A stretch of 64,000 bases of DNA, taken from Octopus sinensis. Lineage: Eukaryota. This document shows, piece by piece, positions 22,916 to 36,595 of the stretch. Made by a program: the position numbers and the translations under genes. The number at the start of each line of letters is the position of its first letter. Position 1 is the stretch's first letter. The DNA is taken from positions 82,274,001 through 82,338,000 of the forward strand of contig NC_043005.1 in the NCBI RefSeq assembly GCF_006345805.1, in the 5' to 3' direction. Under the pieces are notes generated by a model. The model worked only from the letters and a program-made list of their open reading frames with translations. It ran no database searches and was not told where the DNA came from.

Positions 22916-25332
22916 AATATACTACTTTATAGCATTTGGTCGGCGGTATCTATCGATCTTTCTAAATTATAAACCTATATTAACATTCTATTTTTTATTA
23001 TACTGACCGGGTCTGAAACAAGTGGATACACAATGCTCAAGTTATGATTGTACTTCCGTAATAATATCAACATGGGAACCATTTAACATTATTAGTTCGA
23101 TCTGCTATAAAAAAAATGAAACAGCCAAAACGTCTCCAAATTCTGAAAAACAAGATGATTCGGTCTCACATTCGTTAAACAACAAACTATGCCTAACTGG
23201 TTTGAATGAGCTGAAGAGATTGATTTTTCACTTTATTAACTCGTAAAACCTACCTGTCAACCTGGGTTTCTTAGATTTTTTTTTATTCGTCGCACATGTT
23301 TTATAAAAGATTGAAAGGACATTCGTGTTTAAAATGACAGAATTTGTTTCATGCAAGCTCAGATGAGAGGATTTCTGCATTTGTCAAGAATGAAAAAGTT
23401 TTGAATGTAATGAGGAAGAATCTATATAGTTCTCGGTCCGTTAGAACTAGCAGTCACATATTTCCCCACTCACTGACCCTGGCCATCAGTAGTTTAAGGA
23501 CTCATCGTATAATGTAACACATCCTACCCGCAAAAAGAAACGATGGTTAAGCAACGACAACAACCAACAGTTTTTGTTAATTGATACACACATAGAATAT
23601 TTTTGTTTCCGTGTTAGTAACTTTCATTTCTTGTAGCCTTGTTGAAAAGGAAGTAGAATTGATAAAAATAGTGCAAAGCAGTATGAAAGCAAATCCGAAC
23701 CTCAGATAATTGTAAATCCACGAATATAAATACTGCTACGTATATAGATTGCCTACTTCTGAACATCCGATATAAATAATTTTCTCACTGGTGGTGCATG
23801 TTTGTATGTTCTTCAGGTGTTTCGTTGTGTCAGTGATAAGAGTTGCTTAATTTCCAGTATATTTGGAACGTCGGGTAAAATGTCAGAGGGATTTAGTTAC
23901 TGCCTCTTACTTTCAGGGTTACATCTTATATTTTTTCCTCATTTCAGTCACTATAAATTGTAGAGTCAAATAACAACTAGGATTTGACATCCTTGTGACA
24001 CGCTCTTCATGTAAATGGAAGTATCAGCTTAGAGAGTTAGATTACATCCGAAAGAGAGGGTTCGTTCTTATATTGTTCCTATTTTTGTCACATGAATTTT
24101 TCGTTTGCCTACCGTTATAGAATGTCGTTTAAGTAAATGCCTCTTTGTAAATATTAGATTCTAACTCGTACCTCCATAAGTAAATATTTATTTCTAAAAT
24201 GTTATCTAATTATAAGAACTAGAAACATGAGCTTATGATAAGTGTGCAGTTAATTAGGTTATAGAACCACAATTATTTACAAAATCCCCAGAGTATTGCC
24301 TCATTGAAATCTGCAATGACAAATATTAGTTTTTTTGGGTTTTTTTTTTACAGCAGTTGTTTTCGTCACCATCGCTAAATGAATTTATTCAAGAAGCCAT
24401 TATCTAATAAATGAATAGAACTCTGGAATTCTTAGAAGTTTTAAGCATATTTATTTTGCATAATGATCATGTGTCAACATACGTACGGACAAACATACAC
24501 ACAACACTCACATTTACGCACGCTCTTGCATGTACACACATATATCCACATACTAATACGGTTAAAATCGGAGAAAACAATTGCTCAATACGTAACGAGG
24601 TGTTATGTGTTTATAATGAGAATTTAAAATCTCTTTTATCGTAAGTCTGTGTTCCACGGATTCCGTTGTTCAGGCGATTGATTAAAACCGGCACATGTTT
24701 ACGAACGTATAATAGGAAACCAATCAAGGTGTCTTTGTGTGAAAAACGTTAGAAATAACTTCGTTGAGGCCAGGTAATTTGATGGCAGTTGGAATGGTCG
24801 TGAGGTTATAAGTTTACATCATAGCCACAGTTACGTGATTCCAGGTTGGATCATTCTGCGTAGCACATTACGCAAGAGGCTTCTATGATAATCCCGGCTT
24901 CTTTAACGCTCTTTGAATATCATATCTGGGGAGGAAACTGTAAACTTCTATCTGAAGGATCATTCCTGTTTCTGATTAATAGACTATATATATTTCAAGT
25001 TTCCTTACTACCTATTGATTCTCAGTGCCGTTATCTGAACCCATTTACATTTTATGATTGGAGCCATTTAACTGGTTGGCGGTTTTTTTTTATCATCCTG
25101 TTCCTATCATTGGCTCAAACCACGAAGAAGATAATGTGTGAAATTATCTACATTTTACTAAATCAAACAGCCTCACTCACGATGACAATATATACGAAAT
25201 ATTTTGAAATATAGAACCATCTATCACATTTTACAGACCTGTGATAAATGCTGTAATCCCGGCAACCGATAAATGGTAATTACACAGCAAAATGTGAAAA
25301 TTCATAATTTAGGTAAAAATCGTAAAAAACCT

Positions 25333-25770
25333 GCGGGGGTGTGATTCCCATCATGGGACTATCGTACCACCACTGCTTATATCTCTTTGAGATATTTAGA
25401 AATGTAATATTTCTATTTTTTGTGATCAGTGGATTTATTTCACTGGAATTATTATATGTTTACAAGAAGCCACCTAGCAAGCCATGCTACTCCAGACTGT
25501 TGACGAGCAAGACTCAGAAACTAGTCTCTGGATGCAGGCTTAGCTGGATGGGGGTGCTTGTTGCCCCCCTTGTAAAACACAAGGACACACGAAATGGGTC
25601 AAGGCTGACAAGAAGCGTTGATGCTTCCTAGGGCTAAATAGCGGTAGTGTGATTCCCTTCATGGGACTTTCATATTATGTTGACTTTCATATTATGCTCT
25701 ATCGTACCATCTCTTTGAGATATTTAGAAATGCTTATATCTCTTTGAGATATTTAGAAATGTAATATTTC

Positions 25771-25772
<2 letters not shown>
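25333..25772 (+). mobile_element. ~308-bp-period direct-repeat element with hammerhead-like motif, ending at (TA)n
   Basis: GTGTGATTCCC..ATGGGACT..ATCGTACCA..ATCTCTTTGAGATATTTAGAAATG starts at 25339 and again at 25647. HHR-like fold at 25491-25532; (TA)n at 25773-25810. Confidence 0.65.
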
Positions 25773-25812
<40 letters not shown>

Positions 25813-26444
25813 CATTTAAACTTCGCTTCCCTTCTTGTTATGTTCATGGAAATTTGTGCGGTTCTGTAGTATGTAATGTATTCTTTCATTTGAACCATAT
25901 GATTTTAACGTAGCATTGTAATAATGAGAAGTTCTGTTAAAAGATACCACCTTAGAGATTTGACAGCAAATATGTTTCCTGTTGCATAGAAGAATGAATA
26001 ATTATACAAATCCAAGAAATGAAAAATGAATAAACGAACGACGGGAGAAAAGAAGAATGGATAGCAAATATATGTGAATAACTGTTAGCGCTGCTGGAAA
26101 TGATGTTAAATGCTTTGTCGTGAGTGATCCTCTTGATAATTTCTTCTGTTGCCCTACGAGTGAAAAATCGTTTTACGTTCACGTATCCAGGCATTATCTT
26201 CAATTTAGATTTGGTTTCTGTTTCCTATTAAAATAGCCTTCGGCAATCTTGGTTTTAACTGTTGAGATTATCTGATCCGCATAACTCCAATCTCTGTATC
26301 CTTCTTACATCTAGAGCATTTTGCTTGTGTCATAAGTATTGGAAAAACTCTACACTTGGAGCAGTCAATAATCCTCATATAGTTGCCGTTTACTTTATCT
26401 GATGCAGCGGTCATACTCACACATACACATGCACACACACAGAT

Positions 26445-26447
26445 GCA

Positions 26448-26527
<80 letters not shown>

Positions 26528-26537
26528 ATTCTATCGT

Positions 26538-26571
<34 letters not shown>

Positions 26572-26722
26572 ATATTTGTGTGTATGTATACATATATATA
26601 TATATATATATACACAAATATACATACGCACACATATATATGTATGTACAAATGCATATGTACACACACATGTTATGTATATATAAATGTATATATATAT
26701 ATATATATTTAGATAGATATAG

Positions 26723-26786
<64 letters not shown>

Positions 26787-26816
26787 AAAAGAGAGAGAGA
26801 GATATAGATAGTTATT

Positions 26817-26862
<46 letters not shown>

Positions 26863-27000
26863 ATATATATATCTATTTCATCCGCCGAAACTGCTGAATA
26901 TTGCAAACTTTGAAACCAATATGTGCCTGTATATGTATGTATATAAATGTGTATATGTATGTATATAAATGTATATATGTATGTATATAAATGTAAAATC
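26445..27000. repeat. Compound (ATCT)n, (TA)n, (GA)n microsatellites and a 22-bp minisatellite
   Basis: Direct inspection; TATATGTATGTATATAAATG repeated about 3 times near 26930-26995. Confidence 0.9.
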
Positions 27001-27921
27001 AATGTACGTTATACGAAAGTCTAATACATATATACACATACATAAAAGCATGTATGTATAAGTAAGACTGTCGTATAACGTACATTGATTATACATTTTA
27101 TATGTCATAATTCACATAACTAATACCCCATTTGAAATCTGAAGGCGATATCTAGGAAATATCAAATATCTGTAATATAACGATGCTATAAAACATTTTA
27201 CCACCAGAGAGATTTTACACAGGCAGTCAATAAACAATATATTGTGCAAAAATTTAGTGCATACACATCATGTAGTACAAACATTCTGTACACCTACGTG
27301 GCAGTGTTCATCAGAACAATAAATACGTTAATGCAATATCCATCCTGAATCACCTTCTCAAATTGTAATAATTACAAGATGGCGCATACTTTATTTCGTT
27401 TTCTTTTTTACCTACTCACAAATTTTCATATTTGTTAGGTTATTGGATACGATACATATTTGTGGGTAACATTTATTATCGATTTCTATCACTTTATATA
27501 TATACTTTCAAACAATTACCAGATTTTTCAGTTATTTATATGCATGTGCAATTATATATTAAATCCGGATATAGCTTCATGAATATACGGTTTCTGCAAT
27601 GAATACCTCGGAACACGAAGTACATTATCAGTTCATACAAATATCTCAATCTGTTTTATATCTGGAATCTAAAATTTACTGTATTCCACTTCACTTCTAT
27701 CCTAGAAGTTTCCAACACGCCAATGATATAAGACTGCGTTGCCTAATACAATCATGTACATTATCAAATATTCCTACTGCTAGCTTCAAACATTTCAGGA
27801 ATAAAGGAATTAGTATAAAAGACAGTCCGCCTCTCGCACCCATCTTCTTCCTCTATGTTTCTTCCTTCCTCCACTGTGGCTTCTCTTTGAAAACGTACCT
27901 ACATGCATAAACACACAAAAC

Positions 27922-27977
<56 letters not shown>

Positions 27978-28018
27978 GTTTTGTGCGTTTATGTATGTAT
28001 GTATGTATGTATGTATAT

Positions 28019-28120
28019 ACGTTTATACATGCACTTGAGTATTTCTGTGTGCGCTAAGAGAACTACACATACATATGTTGATATATACATAATACACAAA
28101 CACACACACGCACGCACACG

Positions 28121-28203
<83 letters not shown>

Positions 28204-28286
28204 TTGTGTATTATGTATATGTCAACATATGTATTTGTAGTTCTCTTAGCGCACACATAGAAATACACAATTGCATGTATAAACGT
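28019..28286. repeat. Long inverted repeat centred on (TA)n
   Basis: Left arm ACGTTTATACATGCACTTGAGTATTTCTGTGTGCGCTAAGAGAACTACACATACATATGTTG... matches the reverse complement of about 28186-28286, with only a few mismatches. Confidence 0.9.
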
Positions 28287-28572
28287 GTGTGTATGTGCAT
28301 GTATGTGATGTGTGTATGTGTGTGTGTATATGTATGTGTGTAGGTACATTCTCTTTGTTTCAGTCAGTAGGTTATGGCTAGACAATGGCACTATCTTGTA
28401 AGCTTTGCTTCAATAAATCAACTCCGTGTTTGATTTTAATTGTGATGCTTATTCTCACCCTCAATTTTTGTCGAACTTCTACTTGATGGAGACATGAATA
28501 AGCAAAAGCTTGTTCTAACAGACAAAATTAGTGTCACATTCATGAAAAACGCGTGCATACACTGCATATATT

Positions 28573-28963
28573 GGTTTCAAATTTTGCCACAAGGGCAGAA
28601 ATTTGGGGGGAGGGGATGTGTCGATTACACCGACCCCAGTGTTCAACTGGTACTTAATTTATCGACCCCGAAATGATGAAAGGCAAAGTCGACCGCGGCA
28701 GAATTTGAACTCAGAATGCAGCGTCGGGCGAAATACTTATTTCTTTACTACCCTCAAGAGGCTACACACAGAGGGGACAAACAAGGACAGACGAACGGAT
28801 TAAGTCGATTATATGGACCCCAGTGCGTAACTGGTAGTTATTTGAACGATCCCGAGAGGATGAAAGGCAAAGTCGACCTCGGCGAAATTCGAACTCGTTA
28901 CGGCAGACGAAATACCGCTCGGCATTTCATCCGGCGCGCTAGCGTTTCTGCCAGCTCGCCGCC
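28573..28963 (-). mobile_element. SINE family A dimer with 16-bp TSD
   Basis: TSD ATACACTGCATATATT at 28557-28572 and 28968-28983. The first unit has a type-1 tail, the second a type-2 tail. Confidence 0.92.
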
Positions 28964-29663
28964 TTATATACACTGCATATATTAAGAGACAACGAATGCC
29001 CTTAATACGCTTACAGTTTCAGTAATATTATGAGCTTTGCATGTTTTAACACTCTACAGTGATTAAATTTTTGACCCTAATGCCAACACAGAAATTTTCG
29101 AAGAATTGTTTTTCTACTACTTAAAAAAAGGGAGTGGAAGCTGTTTTTATTTCTCTCAGACGTACGACGTGTTCCTCGCGTGGTTTCTTTTGCTCTCATT
29201 CTCAATTTATTGTTATATCTTTAGTTTACTTTTGGTAGATATTTAGGGTGGATTGTTTGGTGTAAATCTATGTGTGCCGTTGGCTAGGTTAGGTCAACGT
29301 GTGATAAGTGTGTCGTTCGCTAGGTTAGGTCAATGCGTGTCTCCTTGTGATAGTAAAAAGTAACGAATTGTTTGAATGATGTGTGAGTAGATGTACGTCA
29401 GTAAAACAAGCATGAAATTCTACTAGTAAAATTTTACATCGTTTTAGCGTAAATTTTTTTGCTATTACAGATTGTTTGGATGTCTCGTCTGGTGAATAAA
29501 ACTGAAGAATATTTTGGGACAGTAAAGACAATATCAGTTTGAATTAATGACATTTTCTTGTAAACTATTTTTGTAAATTATATATGGGTGGGGTGTTTGT
29601 AATATAGGGTTAGGTTTCAACCTGAGAGGTGTATATACGACCGGAACAAGTAAAAGAGTATAT

Positions 29664-30046
29664 GCGCAGAAGTGGTTGTGTGGTAAGAAGCTTGCTTACC
29701 AACCACATGGTTCCGGGTTCAGTCCAACAGTGTGGCACGTGAGACAAATGTTTTCTATATAGCCTCGGGCCGACCAAAGCCATGTGAGTGGATTTGGTAG
29801 ACGGAAACTGAAAGAAACCCATCGTATATATGTATATATGTATGTGTGTGTGTTTTTTCCCCACAACATCGCTTGACAACCGACGCTGATGTGTTTACGT
29901 CCCCGTAACTTAGCGGTTCGGTTAATGAGGCTGGTAGAATAAGTATTAGACTTACAAAAAATAAGTATTGGGGTCGATTTTCTCGATTAAAGGCTGTGCT
30001 CTAGCATGGCCGTAGTCAAATGACTGAAACAAGTAAAAGAGTATAT
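29664..30046 (+). mobile_element. SINE family B, full length
   Basis: Head GCGCAGAAGTGGTTGTGTGGTAAGAAGC and tail GTCAAATGACTGAAACAAGTAAAAGAGTA. Confidence 0.9.
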
Positions 30047-30115
30047 CAGGCTTACTGGCACGCACTGAGTAAATGATTGCTGCACACATAAACAATACGA
30101 TAAATAGATAGATAC

Positions 30116-30162
<47 letters not shown>

Positions 30163-30945
30163 CGCGAGAGAGAGAGAGAGAGAGATTAACAAAGACAGAA
30201 TAGAATAGCTATATGCGAATTTATGCTAGTATGAAATTTGTTATATTTAATATTTTGAGGCAAAAATTATTTTCCTTTAAAAAATGTATATACGTTTCAT
30301 CATTTTGGTTAAATAGCAAGAAATTTGATTACGGTTAATTTATAACTATTGTATCTACACAATATTTCCTAATATCAAAACATGGAGACACAATTTGCTT
30401 CCAAAATTATTCGTCACATGACTCCAGTAATATAATGAACATAAACGTAGAAAACGTAATTAGTATTGAGTATAGATAGATGCAAAGAGAGAGTGGGGAT
30501 AGAGATGGGGAGAAAAAGAGAGACAGAGAAAGATGGTGGTGAGTTAGAAAGAGAAAAAGCGAGAGAGAGAGATAGAGAGAGCGGGAGAGAGAGAGTATAT
30601 GAAATGTCGTTAAGAAAACCGGTTGAGTGTATTTTAAATTTGCTAAATCTGATGTAATTTGTGAAAACGAATATAAAACCATCAGTATGAATAAATGATT
30701 ATAAATTGTTAAATTGAAATACTAAAAATTTACGATCATTGATATTGATATTAATTTAATATATATATTAATATACAAAATCTAAACATCAAACAAAGAG
30801 CATAACATTGTATATGTACTTTGAAACAAACCATAATTTCATATTATTGTAGTCGCGTCGTATATAATTATATTAAACTATTTGCCACACAATACGTAAT
30901 ATATTTATAACTATACACTCACACACAAACACACACACACACACG

Positions 30946-30999
<54 letters not shown>

Positions 31000-33519
31000 A
31001 TTTATATATGTGTGCGTATGTATAGGTGTATATCAATACACAATAACACGTACGCACACAAACAGAATCATGTATATGCATGAATGAACACACACACATT
31101 GATTTTGTATTAGCTTTGCAAGAGTGTTGATATGAATTGGGATGTTGAAACAGATTCTGTTGTATGACAGGTGGGTCATTATGCCAATGTAAATACGCTC
31201 ACTGGTTTAGTTCCAGATCATTTATTATAAATATTAGTCAATTTGTTGAACCAATCAATTAGTTTTGTTAAAGTGCTCTCTCACCATCGACACTTCATCA
31301 ACGAGCAGTCTTCTCTTCTCTTGGTCAGTTTTATATTTGCTTCCGTTTCAGTTTACACATTCTAGATTTTTTCCCCATGTAAGCCCCGGATATGAATCTC
31401 CATGTTTGAGCGAGTGGGAGAGAGAGAGAAAGGATGATTAAATATGACATACCATGCATGCACGGGTGTGTTCTGGCTAGTGTTTGTTTGCATTTATGCA
31501 GAAGAACAACAGTGTGGATTACTGTAGAGTTTGTAAGTACGTAATAAAACGTGTGTGTGTGTGTACGTGTACCTGTTTGAGAGCTTTCGCGCCTATTCGC
31601 ACATGTGTATGGAGTTCATTAAGTGGGAGGTCGTGAGTGGCTAAACACTTATATGTTTATATATGCGTCTGTTTATTTCTTGTAGGTGTGTTTTTTCGCG
31701 AACGGAATCCCTGCTTATGGATCTATGATAGTGTAGGAGCGTGTTTCTATAGATATTAAAGTCCAATCCCTTAAGTTATTCTTTGGATGTTATGGATCAA
31801 ATCAAAATTACAAATTAATGAGGACTAAGATATTTGATTACTAATTAAGCATACTTCACACTCGCATGAAAAGCGTATAAACCTGCATACAAACGAAACG
31901 CTCGAATGATTCAAAGGACAATACTTACGTATATCCTACCCAAAATGAGTACATTACTAGAACACTGAATACCATAGTAGTTCCCTTGAAATGTCCTCTC
32001 ATATCGATGCACAGATTTAAGTGCAAAGACATATATTCCTATAAGACAAGAACCACCAGACACGGATGCTCGAACTGCCAGATAATATACATCACAAGAG
32101 AAATAATTAAACTTATCTGTATAGCTATTTGAACTATCGGAAAATATATTTCTCCGAAAACTGATTATATTATTTTCCTATTTGAAAAGGGGAATAATTC
32201 CCGAAGTATTATAAGCATCGTCGAACAACCTATGTAAAATATGTAAGATAATACAATATTTCGCTATTTTGTTTTCCTTTACTGATATGACATTACATAT
32301 TTTCCATAAATTCTTACCTGCATTACTCACAGACTTTTTCTTCAAACATTTGTATAATTTACACACACATTGCAATGCTTCAAGCATATTACAAACCATT
32401 ATAACAATAATAAATGCTCATATATTTAATACAGATAACCTTATGAATGGAAGAAGGTAGATATATAAATTTACCGACCTATTAACGGCGCAAACTTGTA
32501 AATATATCCATGTATGTACGTATGTTTTTGTGTAAGCATGTTTTGAAGGGAGAGAGACAGAGAGAGATTTATATGTATGTATATCTTATAAATATCGATA
32601 CTTTATGTTTTCTGGTCTTTCGATAGATTTTTTTTACCCGTTTCTTTTTCTTTATAGCGTACTTCTTCCTTGCTTGCTTTTTCTCTTCCATATTTCAAGT
32701 CCTATATCATCTTCATTCCTGTTCAATTTCTTTTCGTCTCTATAATTTTAAAAATAACTTCCTCCTTCCCTGACTGTATTCCATTATTGCCGATATTTTC
32801 TTTTCTTTTCATTATGCATGATTGCTTGCTAAAATAATGAATAAACAATTCCAATAAATTAGATGAACTCACGGGAGTCGAGTTCACTGGAGTAATTAAA
32901 AGAACGTCGTGAATGCGTCTGGCTGATTAATACAGGAGTTGACCATTATTAGCCTAACTATTTTGCAAACAAATTGCATTTGCTCACAGAGAGAGAAAAA
33001 AAAACAATATTATATATTTTCTCTTCAGTCTAAAGAGGAATTATATTTTATACCACAAAACTGTGAATCGAAATATTAACTGCATTCCACTATACACCAA
33101 CGTTCCATCGTAGCATAAATACAGCATTTCCGAATACATCACTCAGTATTAAATCAACACAACCTTCCATAGCTTCCACAACAGTCTTCCATATCTTTTC
33201 CAACGTAGGGAAACAAACTTTCTCCAGCTTTGTTGTTGAGGGATCTACTCTTGAAGTAGATGACTTAGGCCCAGTAGTGGTTTTCTTTACCACACGCACA
33301 CAGGTGCACATACACACACACACATACACACACATACTAACACAAATACACATACACACTCACAAATACACACGCACACCTTGTAGTATTTCTGTAAATG
33401 TGGAAAGTGATTGTCTATTAATTTTAAGAATTTCCTAGCTGTGATAGAGGCTACATTAATGCTATAAAGTGGGTTAAATCATAAGATTTTCTTCTGTCTG
33501 GCTCTACATAGTCTATTTG

Positions 33520-33891
33520 TATTTGGTTCAAGTAGTTGATGCTTTTCTTTAAGCTGCACCCATCCAATGTAGCATTATAGTATGGGGAAGCGTTTCAAAA
33601 ATGTCTTTATCGGCGGACAATTTGGTGACACGCCTACTAATGTTGTTAACTGGTTGTTTAATGGCTGCTGTTCGGTGGTTGGAGTCGATTTCTATGTACG
33701 AGATTTCCTTATGGTAGGGTTTCAATTTGCCTGTGCGAAGATTCATGTCAATAACTAGGGAATTGATTTCTTTAAGGTTGATACAAATTGAGTTTCATAC
33801 ACTAGATATTTTGCATAATTTCTTCCTTAATCTATCGACATCGTGTCTGGTTCTATTGTGTACCGCTCCCAGGCCATCGTCCCTATGTAAA
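33520..33891 (-). mobile_element. Penelope-like retroelement reverse transcriptase fragment (catalytic motif to thumb), decayed
   Basis: Minus translation LHRDDGLGAVHNRTRHDVDRLRKKLCKI (the YRDDGL motif of Penelope RTs), then MNLRTGKLKPYHK..IEIDSNHRTAAIKQPVNNISRRVTKLSADKDIF. Contains a stop codon. Confidence 0.85.
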
Positions 33892-33957
33892 CTTATTTTT
33901 TTCTAAGAATATCTTGGATGTAGAGGGGTACTAGGTTAGCTATCTCAGCACTATCGT

Positions 33958-34070
33958 AGCATGTATGTATGTATGTATGTATGTATGTATGTATGTATGT
34001 ATGTATGTATGTATGTATGTATGTATGTATGTATCTATCTACACATATATATATATATATATATAGATAC
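33958..34070. repeat. (ATGT)n and (TA)n microsatellite
   Basis: Direct inspection. Confidence 0.95.
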
Positions 34071-34574
34071 ATACAAACACATACATACAGAAATGAACAC
34101 ATACATATTCATATTTATATACATTTGTGTTAACCATGTAGATACATAGACACACCATGATGCATTACAAAAACGACTTCTATAGACATCCAATATTTGG
34201 AATTTCATGTGTTTTTTTATATTTCGAAAGATCAATTTGTTGAAGAGAAGAGAAGTCAATTTTTTTTTTCGGAATACCTCGCCAAGCATCGATATTTTGA
34301 ACTCAGATTACAAACTGAAAACAAAAATTAGTTATTTTTTACGCTTAATCAACGATTGAAAATAATTGGAGAAACGTAAAGCTTATCTTCACTCCTGTAA
34401 TCTCTCTCTCTTTCTCTCTCCACTCTCTCTCTGTATATATATATATATATATATAATATATATATATATATAAATATATACATATTACATCTACATAAAT
34501 CTTTCTCTATTCCTCTTTCTCTATTCCTCTCTCTGTCCCTCTCTCTCCCATTCTTTGTTCCTCTTTCTCCCTCC

Positions 34575-34606
<32 letters not shown>

Positions 34607-34633
34607 GCTTTAATACACAAACAAACACACATT

Positions 34634-34666
<33 letters not shown>

Positions 34667-35254
34667 CTATATATGTCTATATTTTATGTACCAGAAATCA
34701 GATGCACGCGCATGAAGCTGAGTATGCACTCCCCTTTTACTCTTCGATTTTTTTCACCATTCTCCGCATTGATGATGTCAAGGGAAATAAGAAACAAAAA
34801 CATTTTGCATAGAGAAATAAGTGCTTGTATTGAGGATTCCTTCTATCTTGTTCGCTCAGATTATTCTGAACGCTTAAGCATGCGGTGCACTTTGAAACGA
34901 ATGAGATTTCGTAGGGCATGTTGCTACTAATACAGATATGTATATATATATATATATATGTGTGTGCGTGTTTGATAGTGTGGTACTGGTAGCTCTGATT
35001 TCTCGCTCTTAGTCCAGTTTCAGTTCATTTGTGTACCACAAGAAAAGGTTACAAAGATACAGGTTAGCAAAACAGATTATTGTGAGCGTTAGGTCAGTAA
35101 ACACACATTGGTATATCAGCGAGCGTACTTTTGTGTGTTAATAAACACATATCTGCGTATAAATACTGGCGACGAAAGAGTAGTAGCACCCGAATGGCAA
35201 TCGTTACCTCCTACTCAATGCTTATATACATACATATGTTGTGTGTATGTGTAT

Positions 35255-35560
35255 GTGTATGTATTTCCTATATGTATACATATATATACATATATATATA
35301 CTATACATATATATATATATATGAATATATATTATATGCATATATATATATATGCATATATATATATGCATATATATATTGTATATATATATATGCATAT
35401 ATATAATATATATATATATATATACATATATATTTATATTATATATATATATATATTTATCTATGCATCTATCTATCACTCTCTCTCTCTCTCACTATAT
35501 ATATATCTATATATATATACAAGGAGAGAGAGAGACACACACACACAGAGAGAAAGAAAG
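35255..35560. repeat. Degenerate (TA)n/(TATGCA), (CT)n and (GA)n microsatellite block
   Basis: Direct inspection. Confidence 0.9.
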
Positions 35561-36131
35561 AGAGAAATATTGATAGATTGACAGATAGATATATAGATGT
35601 AGAGAGAGAAAAGTTGGAGATAACGTTCTTGAAGTTGACCTTTCAGTTCTATTTTCTCCACAAGAAGTATTGAATACGCATTAATTTGTTCGTACATCTA
35701 CTTGGAAACACATCCCATTATTATACATGCATGGGAAACTAACAAATTCGGATCGACAAATAACAACATCGCCGAGAATAGACACCATGAATCTCTTTAC
35801 CTACTGGCTAAGTGTATTTCTATTTTCACTATGATGAGTTTACAATTTACTTTCTCTTGGAATTGGTTGCACATGCTTATTTGTTAGACTGATATAGATA
35901 TTTACCTCAAAAGCAGACAGGATTGTCTCAGAGAATTTAACTCAGCTAGTTAGTGTAAGAGAAAAAAATAGCTTTGTTCTTTTTTTCTTCAATTTTGTTT
36001 TAATATTCCCTACGATAAACTGCACAGAAATTCATTTCTTTGCATACATAGATTTGGTGTGAATTTGTGTGTACATATAATTATGAATATATGTTTCTGT
36101 GAGTGTTATGTATGAATACACACACACACAA

Positions 36132-36429
36132 GTATGTATATATATATATATATTATTCATATACATAATATATATATATATAATATATATATATATATAT
36201 TCCTATACATAATAATATATATAGAATATATATATATATATATATAGAATATTCATATACATATATATATATAGATATATATATATATATATATATTCTA
36301 TATATATAATATCATATACATAAATATAATATATATCTATATATGCATATATATAGATGCATTAATATATATATGCATATATATATATGCATATATATAT
36401 TGCATATATATGCATATATATATATATGC

Positions 36430-36481
<52 letters not shown>

Positions 36482-36561
36482 TATTGCATATATAGATATA
36501 TATATAATATTCATATATATATATATATATATATATGCATATATATATATATATATATATA

Positions 36562-36595
<34 letters not shown>

